From an uncultured Acidimicrobiia bacterium (lineage in GTDB: Bacteria > Actinomycetota > Acidimicrobiia > Spongiisociales > UBA5794), in assembly GCA_963714375.1 (NCBI GenBank), contig CAVQOG010000006.1:223603-287602 (forward strand): a stretch of DNA of 64,000 nt, written 5' to 3'. Shown in pieces: positions 59,803 to 64,000 of this stretch. Both the position numbers and the translations under genes were made by a program. Numbering within the stretch: the stretch's first letter is position 1; every line of letters begins with the position of its first letter. The notes under the pieces are model-generated. The model saw only the letters and a list, made by a program, of their open reading frames with translations. It was not told the origin of the DNA and did not search any database.

Positions 59803-60816
59803 TCAATCTGTTGGAAGACTGGTCGTGATGATTGTGGGTTCGTAGATGGAAGATGCCACTTGGGTGCCTGGTGGAATGCCGAGCCTTGGATTGCCGGCAA
59901 TGTCGGTAGTCGTCTCTGAGATGAGGTGTCCCTCGTCGGTGAGGGTGAACCTGATGGTGAGGTTGTCAGGTTGGGTGGAAACAATGGAGAACGTGGTCTG
60001 TCCGGGCGATTCGTCTTCGACCGTGGGGTCGAGGTCGGCGATTACTGCGATGGCGGCGGCACGGAGCGCTGGTGTTGGCCCCACCTCTCGGATGAGGTCG
60101 AGTACCACATCGAGGATTTCGACATCCATGGGTCTCTGTGAGTCTTCCGGAATGAGCTCAATGATGACATCTCGTAGCTCCTTCGGGTCAGTGGGCCAGT
60201 CGCGTTCAGTCAGGATGCTGGTCGTGTTGCCAAAGGTCTCGGTCACGGTTTGACCGACCTGGTCGATGGCGTCGTAGCCCGCCGCGAAATAGTCCACCTC
60301 ATCGGTCGCGTTGAAGAAGGTCGGCTGGCCGATCGTCGTGACAATGCTGGTGGTGCCATCTTCAGAGTTCCAGATTTGCCGGTCTGTTGGGATTAGGTAG
60401 GCAATCGGGGTGGCTCTGTGTGGAAACGGATCGATTCCGGTGACGCCGAGATTGATCGTTTCACTTTGGGTGTAGGCGTACTGGCCCTGTGGGATGGTCA
60501 GGGGATCCAGACGCTCGGCAGCTTCGGCGATCTCGAGCAGGGCTGCCTGTGCAGGAGAGGGTCGAAGCGCGGCGACAGCGACGAATCCAACCACCAACGC
60601 AACTGCCGTGACCGTAGCAACCGCAGCGAACATCGGTCGACGTCGGGATGGTTTCTGGTTCACGGTTGCGGTTGCGCGGGTGTATGCCTGCCAAGCCCGT
60701 TCGCGGTCACCGGCACTCGGCGAGGGGTTGCCAGCTACACGTCTCAGCGTCTGATCAATCGGATCTTCGTCGTAGTTGTCCATGGTCTCGGTTTTGTCTC
60801 GTCCTCTTGATTTCAA
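59803..60816 (-). CDS. Anti-sigma factor-like single-pass membrane protein
   Basis: Cytoplasmic N-terminus, one TM (…MFAAVATVTAVALVVGFVAVAAL…) and a ~230-aa extracytoplasmic domain. The TTG start overlaps the ECF sigma TGA (TTGA); an alternative ATG lies at ~60783. Confidence 0.7.
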   Translation of the reverse strand: MKSRGRDKTETMDNYDEDPIDQTLRRVAGNPSPSAGDRERAWQAYTRATATVNQKPSRRRPMFAAVATVTAVALVVGFVAVAALRPSPAQAALLEIAEAAERLDPLTIPQGQYAYTQSETINLGVTGIDPFPHRATPIAYLIPTDRQIWNSEDGTTSIVTTIGQPTFFNATDEVDYFAAGYDAIDQVGQTVTETFGNTTSILTERDWPTDPKELRDVIIELIPEDSQRPMDVEILDVVLDLIREVGPTPALRAAAIAVIADLDPTVEDESPGQTTFSIVSTQPDNLTIRFTLTDEGHLISETTTDIAGNPRLGIPPGTQVASSIYEPTIITTSLPTD

Positions 60817-61421
60817 TCAGTTGTTTGTCTCAAATGCCCAAGAAGTTCACGGAGGGTGCCTCGGGCCCTGGCGTGCCGGGACCGAACCGTCCCGATCGGT
60901 ATCCCCAGCGCTTCAGAAATCTCCTTGTACGTGAGCTGCTCCACAGCCGCCAGAACTATGACATTGCGATCGCCCACTGACAGACGGGCCAGGGCATCGT
61001 TGATTACTCGTCTGCCTCCTTGTGCGGTGACGCTGTCAACGAGCCGGTCCATGTCCTCGTCTGCGGGCACATCCGTCAACCCGAGCATTGCCAGATGGAG
61101 CCGTTCGCGGCGCCGCGTCTGGCGGATGTGGTCACCGATGACATTTGTGGCAATCCCGTACAGCCAGGGCCGAGCCAGCGGACGGAAGGTGTCGTAGCGT
61201 GTCCGGAGGCGAAACGCCCTCCCGAACACCTCAGCTGTCAAGTCTGGTGCGGGCCCGCGTCCCGCCCTGCGGGCCACAAAGCGGTAGATGGTGTCGTGGT
61301 AACGGTTGAAGATCTCTCCGAACGCCTCGGGATTGTCGATCGACTGGGCTATCACTTCAGCGTCGGATACGGAATCCATACCGTGACGGTACTCGCCCAC
61401 CGCAGTAGCAACCGTGGTCAT
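60813..61421 (-). CDS. RNA polymerase sigma-70 factor, ECF subfamily
   Basis: Sigma-70 region 2 (…IYRFVARRAG…) and region 4 (…LTYKEISEALGIPIGTVRSRHARARGTLRE…). ATG overlaps the upstream gene's TGA (ATGA). Confidence 0.88.
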   Translation of the reverse strand: MTTVATAVGEYRHGMDSVSDAEVIAQSIDNPEAFGEIFNRYHDTIYRFVARRAGRGPAPDLTAEVFGRAFRLRTRYDTFRPLARPWLYGIATNVIGDHIRQTRRRERLHLAMLGLTDVPADEDMDRLVDSVTAQGGRRVINDALARLSVGDRNVIVLAAVEQLTYKEISEALGIPIGTVRSRHARARGTLRELLGHLRQTTD

Positions 61422-61957
61422 GGGTGATATGACACCGACTCAGCTTTATTGTTGAGCGTGGTCAGGTTGTCGGTCGTCCCGGCCCCAAAAGTGTCCTGAT
61501 AGGCCCCGGTCTTGGATGGATTGTCCCAATGCCGAAGACGCGCACAGCCATTCCACGACGACGATATCCGGTTCGCCCAAGCCGTACCAGTGTTCCAGTA
61601 TCCCCCTGTGCATGAGCTCCCAGTAATACTGATCGAGGATCCCGTCCCAGAGGCTCCATCGAAATGGATCCCGAGCGTGAACGAGGAAGCAGTCGGGGCG
61701 AGCGACCCACTGTCGAGCACCTTCGACGGCGAGGCGTCTGCTGGCAACTGGAGAGTTCCATCGCTGGCATCGAGCATCGCCTCAGCGAATGTTGAATAGC
61801 AGCGGGCTGGACCTGTCACCAGTTCACCATCTCGAAGCCTGTCGACGACATCGACCACGCAATGGGTCTCTGTGGCGGCCAACGCGGGCCACGGAAAGAA
61901 CATGGTTGTGACGAGAGTCAATGCGGCAATTGCCGCCGCACTTCGACTGTGATGCAT
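61418..61957 (-). CDS. Secreted hypothetical protein, first gene of the ECF sigma operon
   Basis: GGAGGT SD 6 nt before the ATG; signal peptide MHHSRSAAAIAALTLVTTMFFPWPALAATE; Ser/Gly/Thr-rich mature part. Confidence 0.65.
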   Translation of the reverse strand: MHHSRSAAAIAALTLVTTMFFPWPALAATETHCVVDVVDRLRDGELVTGPARCYSTFAEAMLDASDGTLQLPADASPSKVLDSGSLAPTASSFTLGIHFDGASGTGSSISITGSSCTGGYWNTGTAWANRISSSWNGCARLRHWDNPSKTGAYQDTFGAGTTDNLTTLNNKAESVSYHP

Positions 61958-61982
61958 GGCGTACCTCCATCGATGACCATTA

Positions 61983-62058
61983 CCCCGTTGTTTGCTCCTA
62001 AGCCAAAACCAGTTCGCGGCTGAACCCGACTCACCCAACGAAAAAAACAACGGGATTG
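61983..62058 (-). promoter_or_regulatory. Conserved ~75-nt leader element, copy 1 (upstream of the secreted-protein/ECF sigma operon)
   Basis: ~80% identical to 62709-62780; the sense strand reads TCCCGTTGTTTTTTTCGTTGGGTGAGTCGGGTTCAGCCGCGAACTGG…. Confidence 0.6.
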
Positions 62059-62074
62059 CACAAGCATGTTGCCC

Positions 62075-62491
62075 CTAGTTGCCTACAACCTCGATGGACA
62101 CGGCGATTCTTAGGAGATCAGTCTTGGCCACCCCAGAGCCCGTTACTTCGATTACGGCCCCCGCATCTCTCTCGAACCATGTGATTCGACCGCCTACGGC
62201 TTGAAAGGGAGTGTCTGGAAGCTCCGAAGACGCACCCGATGCCGGCAAACGTGCGATCGTGAACGAGGTCGACGCGCCTCCACAGCTGAAGTTCACGGCA
62301 CCGAGACTCGGCGCAGCGCCTGGCCCTTCAAAAGTCACGGGAAGGCAGTCTTGGGGTATCCAACCGACACGAAGACCGAGCGACTGTTCCATGGATTCAA
62401 CTGTAAGTTCACCTGCGCCCGAATCACCCGACGACGCTCCTGGCTGCGTGCCCTGCGAGCACGCAGCCAACAGAGCCAACGCAACAATCAT
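62075..62491 (-). CDS. Lipoprotein (hypothetical)
   Basis: …MIVALALLAACSQGT… lipobox; the start may instead be at 62515. Confidence 0.6.
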   Translation of the reverse strand: MIVALALLAACSQGTQPGASSGDSGAGELTVESMEQSLGLRVGWIPQDCLPVTFEGPGAAPSLGAVNFSCGGASTSFTIARLPASGASSELPDTPFQAVGGRITWFERDAGAVIEVTGSGVAKTDLLRIAVSIEVVGN

Positions 62492-62619
62492 CGTCGAGGG
62501 TCTAGTAGAGGCCATATCCGGTTCCCGACAACGCGTTGCCGATCTTTGTGACTACCGCTTTGTTCCGTTGGCTCCCAGTCGGACCGTCAGGCCTAACACC
62601 ACCGAGCGCTTGATTGTCT

Positions 62620-62703
62620 TCACACTTGATCATGGTTCTTGCTTTGCTGATCGTGACTCATCATTTCGAATCGATTGCTGGGATGACGAGTTCGTCTATC
62701 CAT
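62620..62703 (-). CDS. Possible 27-aa leader peptide (MDRRTRHPSNRFEMMSHDQQSKNHDQV)
   Basis: ATG preceded by AAAGGGAGGGG immediately downstream of leader copy 2; the equivalent ATG is mutated to ATC in copy 1. Confidence 0.3.
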   Translation of the reverse strand: MDRRTRHPSNRFEMMSHDQQSKNHDQV

Positions 62704-62708
62704 GACCC

Positions 62709-62780
62709 CTCCCTTTGTTCGTTCCAAACCAATAACAGTTCGCGGTTGAACCCGATTCACCCAACGAACAAACAACGGGA
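62709..62780 (-). promoter_or_regulatory. Conserved ~75-nt leader element, copy 2 (upstream of the lipoprotein gene)
   Basis: Paralogous to 61983-62058. Confidence 0.6.
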
Positions 62781-62974
62781 CAGCGGGCGGGCGGCGCGTG
62801 AGATCCCATATCCATCGGTGACACTCACCGCCGACCGCCCGTCCACGGCCGAGGGGTGAGGAGCGTCGACTCTCTCGGTCGCCGGTGGTGCACTGGACGA
62901 TCGCCAGCTGCCGGTTCCACATCTCGGGGATGCCAACAGGTGGGCGATGCGTTCTCAACACTAGGTTGCCGATC

Positions 62975-64000
62975 TCAGGTGCTCTTCGGTTCGAGTATGT
63001 CGAGCGGGTCCTGTCGTGTGGCTACGTAGGCCGGGTAGACCCCGGCGAGAAGTAACACCAGCAGCGCCCCAGCAACGAGCTTGGGGATGGTCGACAGCTG
63101 TATGAGCCTGACGTTGACCTGGAAAGCGTCTTGTCCGAAGGAGTCGGCGGCGGGCTGGATCGCCACGGAAATGACGAGGGCGAGAACTGTTCCGGCAATA
63201 AGCACCACCAGGACGTCGGCGAAGATGAGGGCGGCAATGTGCCTGTTGCGTGCTCCGACCGCTCGTGCCAGCCCAAAGAACCATGTGCGGTCGCGAACGA
63301 CAATCAGTTCGGAGACGAGCAGCCCAAGGCCTCCGAGGATGAGTACGCCCCATCCGATGATTGTGTAGACGAGTTTGATGCCATTGCTCGCACTACGGAT
63401 GCTTTCGCCTGTGTCGATGCGAAGGACGAACACGGTTTCGCCGATGTCGACTCCGTGTTTCAGTGCATCGATTTCGAGTTGGCGCTTGACTGCGGTTTCA
63501 ATGTCATTTCGCTGGTCTCGCTGTTGGTCGGTGATCACGGAGAAGCGATAGGTGATCGGCTGGTTGGTGGCGAGGTTTGCGATTCGTTCGTATGTGGTGT
63601 CGACAACCAGGCCAGCGCCCCATTTTGCCTGCTCGGATTGTGTGGGTATGTAGACGGCGGTCGCAGGAATCCGTTGACCATCGAAGCAGATCTGTGTGTC
63701 AAGCGGCAGGCCTTCACCGAACGGGATGTCGGCTGGGGTCCCGGCGGAGTCACGCAAGATCAGGATCGACTGCGGCCCGAGTTCTTCGTACGGAGGGCAA
63801 TCGGGTGTGATCGGGGGTAGCACCTGGATTGTCAACGGGGTGCTTGAGGCGTACGGGGCTACCGCAGCATCGACTTGATGGGAAAGGGCCACCGGGTCAA
63901 GGCCGAAACTCGACGAGAGGGCGATCATATAGGTTCCAGTTTCACCGACGTCCTCCGATATGGCATCATCGAGACCCTCTGACGACACTCGGGATAGTTC
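62975..64000 (-). CDS. FtsX-like ABC transporter permease, partial (N-terminus beyond window end)
   Basis: C-terminal 3-4 TM bundle preceded by a large extracytoplasmic domain. The frame stays open to position 64000. Confidence 0.75.
   Translation of the reverse strand, partial: ELSRVSSEGLDDAISEDVGETGTYMIALSSSFGLDPVALSHQVDAAVAPYASSTPLTIQVLPPITPDCPPYEELGPQSILILRDSAGTPADIPFGEGLPLDTQICFDGQRIPATAVYIPTQSEQAKWGAGLVVDTTYERIANLATNQPITYRFSVITDQQRDQRNDIETAVKRQLEIDALKHGVDIGETVFVLRIDTGESIRSASNGIKLVYTIIGWGVLILGGLGLLVSELIVVRDRTWFFGLARAVGARNRHIAALIFADVLVVLIAGTVLALVISVAIQPAADSFGQDAFQVNVRLIQLSTIPKLVAGALLVLLLAGVYPAYVATRQDPLDILEPKST

Noticed and set aside
62620-62961. 113-aa minus-strand ORF spanning leader copy 2
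   Set aside because: Most of it is Arg/Pro-rich and overlaps the conserved non-coding leader. Only its last 27 codons, which have a strong SD, are retained as a possible leader peptide.

Overview
This 64 kb window is high-GC (~65-70%) and has Actinobacteria-type gene order. The first ~21 kb is a nearly uninterrupted minus-strand housekeeping block that I read directly from conserved protein motifs: relA/spoT (partial, runs off the window start), secF, secD, yajC, tgt, queA, ruvB, ruvA, ruvC, yebC, pdxT, pdxS, a PimA-like GT4 mannosyltransferase, an HtrB/PatA-like acyltransferase, pgsA, a divergent citrate synthase, an MMPL transporter with a small membrane partner, and thrS. Most junctions in this block are 4-nt start/stop overlaps (ATGA/GTGA/TTGA). 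The middle ~33 kb is mostly metabolic and stress genes: a mycothiol-synthase-like double GNAT, a patatin phospholipase, class II DAHP synthase, inorganic pyrophosphatase, a cysK-tusA-dsrE sulfur-trafficking operon, an RRM RNA-binding protein, a frameshifted cystathionine gamma-synthase/lyase family gene, a frameshifted DUF222-HNH (13E12-type) endonuclease, AidB-like acyl-CoA dehydrogenase, a SulP permease, Lon, tRNA-Val(CAC), PlsB with an N-terminal extension, an NfuA-like protein, hpt, nitronate monooxygenase, an S8 protease with three SLH domains, MgtC and a cation-chloride/APC-type transporter. From ~54.4 kb the character changes to something accessory-like. It starts with a 3-unit ~148-bp tandem repeat array seeded by the 3' part of a tRNA-Val, followed by ~700 bp of lower-GC non-coding DNA. 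After that come several small secreted or lipoproteins, an ImmA/IrrE metallopeptidase plus DUF4411 (PIN-like) two-gene cassette, and a secreted-protein / ECF-sigma / anti-sigma operon. The first gene of that operon and a neighbouring lipoprotein gene share a paralogous ~75-nt leader. The window ends in a partial FtsX-type ABC permease. Coordinates I derived by hand may be off by a nucleotide or so. The ORF track includes many long antisense or out-of-frame ORFs that are typical of high-GC DNA and were not called.
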